64,000 nt of DNA from Candidatus Woesearchaeota archaeon. Lineage in GTDB: Archaea > Nanobdellota > Nanobdellia > Woesearchaeales > JAGVYF01. The position numbers and the translations under genes are program-made. The first letter of the stretch is position 1, and the number at the start of each line of letters is the position of its first letter. The DNA lies in contig JAHFLT010000005.1 of NCBI GenBank assembly GCA_023264635.1, positions 4,582 to 68,581 on the forward strand. Direction: 5' to 3'. Under the pieces are notes generated by a model. That model was not told where the DNA came from. It did not search any database and saw only the letters and a program-made list of their open reading frames with translations. This document shows positions 17,522-26,516 of this stretch, one piece after another.

Positions 17522-17763
17522 TCTCGATAGACAAAGATTATGTTTGATTCGCTGAGCAAATAATAGATGTTATCTTTCCTGAGAATTTCTGCATAGTTCT
17601 TCGCGAGCTTCACGAAGTCATTCATTGTCTTGATATTTACTATCATCCATCCTTCAGGTATCAATATCTCGCTGACTTCTACTACTTTCGCCGTATCTAG
17701 TTTTGTCATCGAAGGCATGGTGGCTCTTTGGTATTTAACTCTTTCTGCGGAATGCTGTGGCAT
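17518..17763 (-). CDS. Hypothetical small protein
   Basis: ORF only. Coupled to nadK by an overlapping stop/start. Confidence 0.3.
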   Translation of the reverse strand: MPQHSAERVKYQRATMPSMTKLDTAKVVEVSEILIPEGWMIVNIKTMNDFVKLAKNYAEILRKDNIYYLLSESNIIFVYRE

Positions 17764-17811
17764 TTCTTTGTGGTCATCAGGACAAAGATTAGATAATCAG
17801 TGTACCTATAA

Positions 17812-18393
17812 TCAGTGTACTAAGCTTTGAACATCAAACGTTGCTTGTGTCCCTTTTAGTATCATCGGTGATCTTCCGATGAATGCAGCGGTAATGCCGT
17901 TGTGTTCCGCTTTCTTCCCCTTATATTGGCTCATTGCTATTGTGTTGCCATCAACCACAAAGAGTTGACCATTGTGATTCTTGTCATAACTGTATGCGAC
18001 GTGATGTAATTTGCCATCAAAAAGAGATATCTTGGTGGACTGCATTACAGGAACTCCACCTTCCAGATATTGGTCTTTTATGTTATATATTATCGTGAGC
18101 CCATCGATGAATCTTGACTCAAAGAGAATCACTTTGGCAGCATCATTGAACCTATCTGGCGGCATGGAAAGTGTCAGTGTTAGCGTGCCAGCATCAGCAT
18201 TCTGCACATCAAGTCCATTTGAGATGGAAACGATATTTTCTACTGGTTTCTCAGCAACAAGCACAACAGGTTTTGTCTCCTTAATGCTGTGCATAGAAAG
18301 CTGAAGAGGGGCTGCGTTGGAGAAGAATATCAGGAGGATGATAAGAAGGGGAGTTGAATTGATGATGAACAGCGTGTGCATTTTCTTAGTCAT
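17812..18393 (-). CDS. Secreted or membrane-anchored LamG/concanavalin-like lectin-domain protein
   Basis: N-terminal hydrophobic signal. GQLFVVDGNTIA resembles a LamG/pentraxin strand. Weak. Confidence 0.45.
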   Translation of the reverse strand: MTKKMHTLFIINSTPLLIILLIFFSNAAPLQLSMHSIKETKPVVLVAEKPVENIVSISNGLDVQNADAGTLTLTLSMPPDRFNDAAKVILFESRFIDGLTIIYNIKDQYLEGGVPVMQSTKISLFDGKLHHVAYSYDKNHNGQLFVVDGNTIAMSQYKGKKAEHNGITAAFIGRSPMILKGTQATFDVQSLVH

Positions 18394-18419
18394 TCTTCTT
18401 TTCTATATCCTTGTTGTTT

Positions 18420-18992
18420 TTAAGGATTGCGACTGAGCAAGTATTCCCTTAGCCTCTTTATTGCACGACCCCTGAAAAGGTTCTCCCCTGGCTGTCGCAT
18501 TTCACCGTATGTTTTCTGCTCAGGGTTATTCTCTTTTGGAATGAAGAGGGAATCCTCACCCCAGCCAAGCGTTCCTCTCTCTTCTTCCGCCATAGTACCT
18601 TCCTCTTCTCCAGCAAAAAGATGGGGAATGTCTCCGGGCTCACAATAAGCAATAACTGATTTGTATTTTACTGTCCGATTTTCTACACCCTGTAGTAACT
18701 TTAGAAGCCCTCTGCAGCCAAGCTTTGTGAAAACTGTCTTAGTATACACGCCAGGAAAACCGTCATATGCATCCATGAAAAATCCAGAGTCTTCCACAAC
18801 CACTGGCTTCTTTAGCTGGTTTGCAAGCTCACGTGCAGCTTCCTTGGCTACAGTTTCATTAGTCTCTGCACGTATCTCTCTGTATTCAATATCAATATGA
18901 TTGATAGTAATGTCTGGCTCCAGATAATGTTTAAATTCTTCTGCTTTGTTCTTGTTGCGGGTGACAAGATTTAATTCCATATCACATGACAA
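18420..18992 (-). CDS. Non-canonical purine NTP pyrophosphatase (Ham1/RdgB/ITPase family)
   Basis: LVTRNKNKAEEF, EDSGFFMDAYDGFPGVYTK and KSVIAYCEPG motifs. Confidence 0.8.
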   Translation of the reverse strand: MSCDMELNLVTRNKNKAEEFKHYLEPDITINHIDIEYREIRAETNETVAKEAARELANQLKKPVVVEDSGFFMDAYDGFPGVYTKTVFTKLGCRGLLKLLQGVENRTVKYKSVIAYCEPGDIPHLFAGEEEGTMAEEERGTLGWGEDSLFIPKENNPEQKTYGEMRQPGENLFRGRAIKRLREYLLSRNP

Positions 18993-19029
18993 GAAGAATG
19001 AGTATTAAATGATTTCGAGTTGCTGATGC

Positions 19030-19695
19030 TTATGCTTGGGGCATTACCCCGCGAGAGACCTTGCAGTACCCTGTGCCGACATCATACCATTTATAGTAAC
19101 CACCGCGACTCATAAGCCACAAAACACTCTCTGGTGGAATCCACATCAATGCATTCTGCCTAATCTTTTCGGGTAGTATCGCATACGGGCGAGACCAGAG
19201 TTTCTCGACCAAAGTGGGGTTTATTTCGTTCATGGTTTTGGGGGTAAAGCAATCAGGAAATGAGCTAATTGAATACACTTCCTCTCTCGCGTGTTTTATT
19301 TTTCCTCCTTGTACAACATACCTCCACTCTTTCTTATCCCATAGGAGATTCTCCGGATCGAGATAACAATGCAACAAATTTCCTTTCCGCAACATTGCCA
19401 TGCTTAGCCATTCGCCATAACTATTCATCATATCATCAGCGATTGCTTGCTGTTCTGGAGATAATCTTCCTTCCAGTCCTCTGCAGATAAGGTCAAATGC
19501 TTCTGCTGGACGGGGGTGGCGCTCATAGCCGCGTTCTCTTAGTGCTTGTAAGCTGTCATTGAAAGTGTAGAGTTTTTTGTGTTGTCCTTCGTACACAGTT
19601 CTCGGTTCGAAAACAACATCTGATAGTGCTGACTTTAGGGTAATCTCTTTTTTCTCATCGGGTTTATTGAGGCCGAGATAGAAATCAATGCTCAT
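19030..19695 (-). CDS. Unknown-function paralog family, copy 3
   Basis: Shares the same conserved blocks as 8822..9556. About 80% nucleotide identity in the core, with a divergent C-terminal tail. Confidence 0.5.
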   Translation of the reverse strand: MSIDFYLGLNKPDEKKEITLKSALSDVVFEPRTVYEGQHKKLYTFNDSLQALRERGYERHPRPAEAFDLICRGLEGRLSPEQQAIADDMMNSYGEWLSMAMLRKGNLLHCYLDPENLLWDKKEWRYVVQGGKIKHAREEVYSISSFPDCFTPKTMNEINPTLVEKLWSRPYAILPEKIRQNALMWIPPESVLWLMSRGGYYKWYDVGTGYCKVSRGVMPQA

Positions 19696-20369
19696 CGTTG
19701 TCGTACCCCACGAGATGCACTGGTGATGTAGCTGGTGTCAACATCATACTTGGTGATGTAGTTATTGCTACTGACAGGACGCAAAGCATTTTCTGGTGGA
19801 AGCAAAATCCACGCATTCTGTCTTATCTCTTCAGGTAATAGTGCATAGTGACGAGACCAGAGCTTCTCCACTAAGGCTGGATTCGCATCGTTCATATATT
19901 TAATGTGAATCAACCCATGCAATGAGCCAATAGAGTACACTTCCTCTTCCGCGTGTTTCAGTTTTCCTCCTTGAACAATGTATTGATTTCCATTCCACAC
20001 CAGATTCTCCGGGTCAAGATAGCAATGCAACAGATTTCCTTTCCGCAGAATTGCCATGCTCAGCCATTCGCCATAACTATTCACCATATCGCCAGCAACT
20101 GCTTGCTGCTCTGGTTGCAGTCTCTCCTCCAGTCCTCTGCAGATAAAATCAAACGCTTCTACTGGTCTGGGATGGCGCTCGTAGCCGCGTGCTCGCAATG
20201 CACGCAGACTGGCGTCATAGGTGTACAGTCTTTTCTCTTTTCCATCATAAACCGCTTTCTCTTCGAAAACAACATCTGATAGTGCTGACTTTATGGTAAT
20301 CTCCTTTTTCTCATCTGGTTTGCCTAGTCCCTCGTACAGTTTTATCATGTTAATAGAGAATCCCAACAA
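19692..20369 (-). CDS. Unknown-function paralog family, copy 2 (tandem with copy 3)
   Basis: Same blocks. The 170 nt at 20151-20320 match 9291-9460 with 2 mismatches. Confidence 0.5.
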   Translation of the reverse strand: MLGFSINMIKLYEGLGKPDEKKEITIKSALSDVVFEEKAVYDGKEKRLYTYDASLRALRARGYERHPRPVEAFDFICRGLEERLQPEQQAVAGDMVNSYGEWLSMAILRKGNLLHCYLDPENLVWNGNQYIVQGGKLKHAEEEVYSIGSLHGLIHIKYMNDANPALVEKLWSRHYALLPEEIRQNAWILLPPENALRPVSSNNYITKYDVDTSYITSASRGVRQR

Positions 20370-20826
20370 CTACCCCGTTGACTTGAGAGAACCTCACTGG
20401 CTCAAGATCAGATGAGGAATTATTGTCTCCCTTTACAATCGCATACCATCCTTCTTTGTCCTCCCCAATACGAATGACGCGGTGGATGATGAGCGTTCTG
20501 TCCAGAGAATATGAAATTATATCGCCGACATGAATCTCTTCAGAGCTCTGTGGCTTTACTTCAAATGCATTAGCTTCCTTATCCAGCGTAGGATCCATTG
20601 AATTGGTGTCAGTGAACTTTGACCAGAACAGATGTGGTGCACTGATGACAGCATAATTATCATAGACTTGTATCTGATCTTCCTTTAGATGATCTGCTGG
20701 TGATATGCGCTCTGGCGCAGCAACGAATGCATATGGACTCTCAAACTGTATAGAACTCAAAACAGTATGAGAGAACCATCCAAGCAATGCTGCACAGAGC
20801 ATGATGAAAAACAGCCACTTATCCAT
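20350..20826 (-). CDS. Signal peptidase I (S26 family, archaeal/SipW-like)
   Basis: N-terminal TM helix. Catalytic Ser box NSMDPTL. IIHRVIRI His box. Its 3' end overlaps paralog copy 2. Confidence 0.7.
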   Translation of the reverse strand: MDKWLFFIMLCAALLGWFSHTVLSSIQFESPYAFVAAPERISPADHLKEDQIQVYDNYAVISAPHLFWSKFTDTNSMDPTLDKEANAFEVKPQSSEEIHVGDIISYSLDRTLIIHRVIRIGEDKEGWYAIVKGDNNSSSDLEPVRFSQVNGVVVGILY

Positions 20827-20934
20827 ATGCTGCGAGATTCAGGACATCTTTTAAATGTTTCCTATAATTTAGCACTAATTAGTAGTAATATTTCTAAAGA
20901 ATGTTTATATAATAACTCTTCCCTCTAGCGGTGC

Positions 20935-21831
20935 ATGATAACAAAAGAAGGGTTAGCAGACCATCGGATGGCTGGCAGAATCACTGCGCAGGCTCTGGAG
21001 CATGGACGGAAGCTCATCAGAAAAGATATCCCTCTGCTGGAAGTGACAGAAAAAGTAGAGCAGAAGATAGCACAGCTTGGTGGGAAGCTTGCTTTTCCGG
21101 TCAATATGTCTTGTGACAGCATAGCTGCACATTATGCAGCTGCTCCGAATGATGCGAGTATCGTAAAAAACCATGTGCTTAAGCTTGACGTAGGCGTGCA
21201 CATAAATGGATTCGTTGCAGATAGTGCCATCACGATTGACTTGTCTGGTGAAAACAGCGACTTGGTCAAGGCATCACGTGAGGCGCTGAACAAGGCCATA
21301 AAAGAAATAAAACCCGGCATTAAACTTGGTGAGATTGGTGCATGTGTCGAAGAAACAATCACTGGTAGGGGATTCCAGCCAATTCGCAATCTCTCTGGGC
21401 ACGAAGTTGGCCAGTACATTGTTCACACAGGAATAAGCATTCCCAATTACGCCAATGGAGAAAAGACTGAAATCGAAGAAGGGATGATCATTGCAGTTGA
21501 ACCATTTGCAACAACAGGTGTCGGATTGATTAAGGAACAAGGTTCTCCTGAGATCTTCAGCATCCCTGTTTACAAGCCTGTGCGCATTGGCTTTGTGAGA
21601 GAGATTGTTACCTACTTGGAAACAAACTATAAGCATATGCCCTTCTCAAAGCGTTCACTCATGCCCGCATTTTCTTTGGCACAGATAAACTATGCACTGT
21701 CTTCCCTGAAACCAATCCTTCGCGAGTATGCACCTCTTGTCGAGCAAAAGGGGGGATTTGTCAGCCAAGCAGAACACACAATGTATATCACCGCTGACAA
21801 AGCAGTTGTTCTGACAAAAGAGGACGCATAA
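20935..21831 (+). CDS. map: Methionine aminopeptidase, type 2 (archaeal)
   Basis: Archaeal MetAP2 N-terminal pattern ...HRMAGRITAQALEHGRKLI, DVGVHINGFVADSAIT, and metal ligands in HEVGQY and EPF. Confidence 0.85.
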   Translation: MITKEGLADHRMAGRITAQALEHGRKLIRKDIPLLEVTEKVEQKIAQLGGKLAFPVNMSCDSIAAHYAAAPNDASIVKNHVLKLDVGVHINGFVADSAITIDLSGENSDLVKASREALNKAIKEIKPGIKLGEIGACVEETITGRGFQPIRNLSGHEVGQYIVHTGISIPNYANGEKTEIEEGMIIAVEPFATTGVGLIKEQGSPEIFSIPVYKPVRIGFVREIVTYLETNYKHMPFSKRSLMPAFSLAQINYALSSLKPILREYAPLVEQKGGFVSQAEHTMYITADKAVVLTKEDA

Positions 21832-21911
21832 AGAGATGACTCATATAATGAGATGATTCCTATCAAAATTTGCTATAACATTTATATTCTCTACTGCTCT
21901 ACACGTCATGA

Positions 21912-23195
21912 ATGGATAGAGATTTGGAGAAACTTCTTTCTGTTGTCAAGGATGGACAAAACCAGAGAATTATGTTTCCACCTGAAGAACTGCAGATCAT
22001 CTCATTTGTTCTCGATTATGCCAGGGCAAAACACGGGAATCAGCGAAGACGTAATGGAAAGCCATATATCGTGCACCCGATAGCAGTTGCTAAGACACTG
22101 GTAGAGTATAAGGCAGATTACATTTCTATCTGTGCTGGTTTGCTTCATGATGTTGTAGAAGAGCAAGTTGATGCGTATCAGGAGAACAACCCAACTGTTT
22201 CGGATGAGAAACTCAGTTCCTTGGAAGGTAAGTTGTTTATAACACTGCAAGAAGATATACTTTCTAATTTCGCACATACTGTAGTGGAACCGCCGCTCTT
22301 GCCAATGGGAAAAGGGCACATGAGCTGTGACATTGTAAAGGAATGTGTTCTCCAATTCAGTGACTTGCGGAATTCATACAAAGAGAGAACTATTGACGAC
22401 ATGGGAAATGCACTCTATGTCCAGCTTAAGAAGCCCCGGGAAATCAGGAAAGGCAGAGCAGAGATTATGCAGGAAATGGAAAGACTTATGGAACGCAAGG
22501 AAAGGCAACTCGAACGAGAGGTTCCCAGTAAGGCTAAGCGTCGTCTTAGAGAAAAATATGGATTTGGTCAGGAAGAGAACGATGCATTGGACAGAGTGGT
22601 ACATTACACATATGATTTATGCGTAATTGTGGACATAGTTAAACTCCTGACGAGAGAAAAGGGCATTTTTTATTTCAACTCAATAGAGAATATGCTGCTT
22701 GAGGAAGATGAAGAGAAAAAGAAACACACTCTTCTGGTTAAAATGGCTGACATACTGGATAACATCCGTGACATGCAGAAGGTGGGGGTTCACACTAATA
22801 GTATGCGATTATATCGCTGTTTCAAAAATATGTTTGTGCTGAACTGCATTAAGAATTATTTTGTGCTGGCAGGCATGAAGCATGAGGAGCCACCCTACAA
22901 GTTACTTTCTGAAACATGTCGGATGACGAGATCGACATTATGTAATATAACAAACAGCTTGAGATGCACAGAGGTGCTGAAGCAGATAAAGGGTAAGGAA
23001 GAGGAAGCATTCAACAACCGTATTAAGGAGTATTTCTATTGCATGCATGGACATAAGGATGTGCTTGAAAAGACACATAACGACCCAGCTAAACAATACC
23101 TGGACGCGGTGCTCTTCACACCAGTGATAGAGAAATTAGCCATGGACGATAGGTATGTAAACAGTGGCCTTCTGAGCACATTCAGAAAAGACTAA
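21912..23195 (+). CDS. RelA/SpoT-type HD-domain protein ((p)ppGpp-hydrolase-like) with a ~330-aa uncharacterised C-terminal extension
   Basis: AKHGNQRRRNGKPYIVHPIAVAKTL...ISICAGLLHDVVEE matches the RelA/SpoT/MESH1 hydrolase HD signature. No synthetase motifs seen. Confidence 0.55.
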   Translation: MDRDLEKLLSVVKDGQNQRIMFPPEELQIISFVLDYARAKHGNQRRRNGKPYIVHPIAVAKTLVEYKADYISICAGLLHDVVEEQVDAYQENNPTVSDEKLSSLEGKLFITLQEDILSNFAHTVVEPPLLPMGKGHMSCDIVKECVLQFSDLRNSYKERTIDDMGNALYVQLKKPREIRKGRAEIMQEMERLMERKERQLEREVPSKAKRRLREKYGFGQEENDALDRVVHYTYDLCVIVDIVKLLTREKGIFYFNSIENMLLEEDEEKKKHTLLVKMADILDNIRDMQKVGVHTNSMRLYRCFKNMFVLNCIKNYFVLAGMKHEEPPYKLLSETCRMTRSTLCNITNSLRCTEVLKQIKGKEEEAFNNRIKEYFYCMHGHKDVLEKTHNDPAKQYLDAVLFTPVIEKLAMDDRYVNSGLLSTFRKD

Positions 23196-23233
23196 AGGAA
23201 GTTTTATATAACATAATTACCTGGTTCATCATC

Positions 23234-23761
23234 GTGAGTAGTGTGAAACGTATCCTCTTCATTATAGCACCCTCTAGTTTCAGAGATGAGGAGCTTGAGG
23301 AACCAAAAGGGATTCTAGAAGATGCAGGATGCATTTGTGATGTTGCCTCAACAACAGTTTCTCCTGTGAGGGGAATGCTCGGCTTGATCGTGAAGCCAGA
23401 TGTGTTAGTAGATAATATGAGTGTGGAGAATTATGATGCTGTTATTGTTGTTGGCGGAAGTGGCAGTCCTGTACTGAGCACAAACAAGAAAGTGCTGGAG
23501 ATTGTACAGAAAGCTGCACAGCTCGGTAAAGTCATTGGGTCAATCTGCTTTGGAAGTTTAACAACTGCGCGTGCTGGCGTGCTGAAAGGCAAGAATGGCA
23601 CAGGATGGAAACATGCAGAGACAGTGAAAGCATTTCAGCAGAATGGAGCTTTGTATGTCGATGAAGGAGTTGTTGTTGATGGAGGAATAGTCACTGCGCA
23701 AGGACCGCAAGTAGCAACAGCATTTGGAAAAAAAGTGCTGGAGTTAGTGAAGAGGGTCTGA
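23234..23761 (+). CDS. DJ-1/PfpI family protein
   Basis: Nucleophile elbow IGSICFGSLTTARAGVLKGK, and AVIVVGGSG. Confidence 0.7.
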   Translation: MSSVKRILFIIAPSSFRDEELEEPKGILEDAGCICDVASTTVSPVRGMLGLIVKPDVLVDNMSVENYDAVIVVGGSGSPVLSTNKKVLEIVQKAAQLGKVIGSICFGSLTTARAGVLKGKNGTGWKHAETVKAFQQNGALYVDEGVVVDGGIVTAQGPQVATAFGKKVLELVKRV

Positions 23762-23789
23762 CGCATTACAATGGATATCGACATTTTAA

Positions 23790-24734
23790 TTATATATTTT
23801 TCATAATTCTTGCCACAAAAAACCCTTCTGAATCATTATCCATAGGCCACATGCGCAGGCAGTGCTTAACATCTGGATGATACGTCACTCCATCAAAACC
23901 AGTGACACACGAGCTGCGTTTGATATTTAATTCAATCTTCTCTATGGATGCAGTAGGCTCATGCTGCAACAACCACGACACGACACCTTCATCCTCTTCT
24001 GGCTCCAGCGTGCAGGTGGAGTATACCATAACGCCTCCTGCCTTCAGATTGGAAAATGCAGTTTTCACCAGCTGTTTTTGTTGGCCAGACAATACTTTTA
24101 CCACATTAGGGTTCCATTGTTGTATGGTCCTAAGAGAGCGCCTAATCGTTCCAACACCAGAACAAGGAGCGTCTACAAGTATTTTATCAAACGCAAATCC
24201 ACTGAAGTGAGTGCCTCTCATCATGGTAATCACGGTATTCAGCACGCCGCAGCGCTGAAGATTCAACCCTAATGGCGCCAGTCTCTCATGGGAAATATCA
24301 TTTGCCACTACCATACCGCTATTTTGTAGGTATTGTGCTAGCTGTGTTGTCTTACTTCCGGGAGAAGCACACATGTCCAGGATATGCTCATCCAGTTGCG
24401 GGTCAAGCACTAGCGGTGGAATCATAGATGCAGATTCTTGCACATAAATATAGCCTAAAGCATGCTCAAGCAGATTACCAACATCGTAGCGCTCTCCCTC
24501 GATGTAAAAACCATCCTTGCACCAGGGGATTGGTTGCAGGCGCCAATGCTTCTCCAAGCGGGCCACCAGCTCAGGAACAGACATTTTCAGCGTATTTACT
24601 CTTATGCATTTTCGCTGCCAAGACAATGAGTAAGCGATAAACTCATCATAGCGGTCTTCAAGTAATGATTTGTATCGCTCAATGAATTTTGGCTTAAAGA
24701 CAATATTCTCTGTGCCTGAAATCCTTTCTAGCAT
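23790..24734 (-). CDS. NOL1/NOP2/Sun-family RNA (cytosine-C5)-methyltransferase
   Basis: SAM motif DMCASPGSKT, catalytic DAPCSGVGT, and TC-motif YSTCT. Confidence 0.8.
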   Translation of the reverse strand: MLERISGTENIVFKPKFIERYKSLLEDRYDEFIAYSLSWQRKCIRVNTLKMSVPELVARLEKHWRLQPIPWCKDGFYIEGERYDVGNLLEHALGYIYVQESASMIPPLVLDPQLDEHILDMCASPGSKTTQLAQYLQNSGMVVANDISHERLAPLGLNLQRCGVLNTVITMMRGTHFSGFAFDKILVDAPCSGVGTIRRSLRTIQQWNPNVVKVLSGQQKQLVKTAFSNLKAGGVMVYSTCTLEPEEDEGVVSWLLQHEPTASIEKIELNIKRSSCVTGFDGVTYHPDVKHCLRMWPMDNDSEGFFVARIMKNI

Positions 24735-24775
24735 AGCATAAAGGGAAGATAAGAAGTAGATAAAACTATGGAAAA

Positions 24776-25093
24776 TTATGCGCTTGCTTCTTCTTCATGT
24801 TCAGTAGGCGGCACAGCATTCTTACTGATGATCATGATGTCTCCCACTGCTCTTACCAGTTGATGAGGGACAATGACTCCTTTTGCAGTACCAAGTACTC
24901 GACTAAGGAAAGAGTTCTTTGATGCTCTGATTTTCCAGCCAAAGAGCTTGTTATTATTAACTATAATAGATTCTTCGACGTCTCCAAAATAGTCTCCCTC
25001 ATCACTGAAAACTTTCATTTCATATGTTTCAGAAAGACGTTTGAGCTTTAACATTACACCCACCTCACACCAATGTACAAATAAAGAACCCAA
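24776..25093 (-). CDS. PRC-barrel domain protein
   Basis: LKRLSETYEMKVFSDEGDYFGDVEESII resembles an archaeal PRC-barrel. Confidence 0.4.
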   Translation of the reverse strand: MGSLFVHWCEVGVMLKLKRLSETYEMKVFSDEGDYFGDVEESIIVNNNKLFGWKIRASKNSFLSRVLGTAKGVIVPHQLVRAVGDIMIISKNAVPPTEHEEEASA

Positions 25094-25128
25094 GAATATA
25101 TAAATATTACTGTCTCAATGAATCAAAA

Positions 25129-25974
25129 ATGAGATCAGCGAGACAAGCCATCGGTGGCCAGGCAGTCATCGAGGGAGTCATGCTTCGTGGCTCTCGGTAT
25201 TGTGCTGTCGCTGTCCGCAAAGAAAACAAAATAGTGACAAAGGTGGATCCTGTCTCACCGCTCCGCCTGCAGAAAATCCCTGTCCTTAGAGGAGTGTTAG
25301 CACTGATAGACATGCTTATTTTAGGCATAAATACACTGCTCTGGAGCGCTGCACAGGCAGAAGGTGAAGAGCTGTCAAAAAAAGAAACAGCTACTCTATT
25401 CACAACGACCATCGCAATAGCAATCGTGTTTTTCATTGGGATTCCTTTGCTCATCACTCTCATGATATCACCATCACATGGGGTGTTGTTCAATCTTTTA
25501 GACGGCTCATTGCGCCTTGGCATATTCATTGGCTATGTGGGAATCATTTCGAGACTTGAGGACGTCAAAAAGTTATTTCGTTATCATGGCGCTGAACACA
25601 AGGTAGTAAATTGCTATGAGCAAGTGCACCATGTCACGGTGAATGCTGCCAAGAAATGTTCACCCATCCATCCACGCTGTGGAACCACTTTTGTCATGGT
25701 CATACTGTTGCTCAGTGTTGTGGTTCTTTCTATCATTAATCCAAGCACCTGGTTTGGCAAGTTTTTGGTGCGCATCATGATGTTCCCCATTATTGCGGGC
25801 ACTTCCTACGAAATAATCAAGCTCGCTGCCAACTTTAGGGAAAATATTCTACTTAAGGCAATCATTACTCCGGGGCTATGGTTCCAGACGATAACAACAG
25901 CAGAACCAACTGCAGAAGAACTAGAGGTTGCAGTTGCTGCATTGAATGCTTTGGTGGAGAAAGAAAATGCTTAG
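25129..25974 (+). CDS. DUF1385 (YqhQ-like) membrane-associated metal-dependent protein
   Basis: GGQAVIEGVMLRG, YHGAEHKVVNCYE, HPRCGTTF. Confidence 0.65.
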   Translation: MRSARQAIGGQAVIEGVMLRGSRYCAVAVRKENKIVTKVDPVSPLRLQKIPVLRGVLALIDMLILGINTLLWSAAQAEGEELSKKETATLFTTTIAIAIVFFIGIPLLITLMISPSHGVLFNLLDGSLRLGIFIGYVGIISRLEDVKKLFRYHGAEHKVVNCYEQVHHVTVNAAKKCSPIHPRCGTTFVMVILLLSVVVLSIINPSTWFGKFLVRIMMFPIIAGTSYEIIKLAANFRENILLKAIITPGLWFQTITTAEPTAEELEVAVAALNALVEKENA

Positions 25975-26422
25975 GAACCTGCGAGAATTATCCTACCAGC
26001 ATATCATTGCTGAGCGTGATGTCAAGCCATTTCTCATCTTTGCCTCATTCCTTCTCACATTCTTTATTTCACGTGCAGTTGTCTACTTATTTCCAACGCT
26101 GAATTTGATCATTTTTAAGTATCACATTCACCACTTTTACTATGGCATTATCTTATTGGCAGTATCAAATTACATGACACTGGTTGGTCATTCCGAAGGC
26201 CTTCGGCGTCTATGTGCAATACTTATGGGAATCGGGCTTGGGCTCATTGCTGATGAAATGGGGATATTACTCATGTGCGGCACCAAAGGCCATTTCTGTG
26301 ATCCATCTGCCATTTATTGGTCTCGCTTGCAGTTTGATATTGTCATCTACGCAACCCTTCTCTTTTTTGTAGTATTGTTTGTTCCACCTGTTTGGAAACG
26401 CATCAAGACATGGAGACAATAG
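25946..26422 (+). CDS. Hypothetical membrane protein
   Basis: 4-5 predicted TM helices. ORF only. Confidence 0.35.
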   Translation: MLWWRKKMLRNLRELSYQHIIAERDVKPFLIFASFLLTFFISRAVVYLFPTLNLIIFKYHIHHFYYGIILLAVSNYMTLVGHSEGLRRLCAILMGIGLGLIADEMGILLMCGTKGHFCDPSAIYWSRLQFDIVIYATLLFFVVLFVPPVWKRIKTWRQ

Positions 26423-26516
26423 AGACAATAAACAGAATAATGCAAAAGAAGTCATTTTCTCCATAAGCCATCTCTATATGTATCATATTCATAACGTATA
26501 TATAGGATAATTTAGC

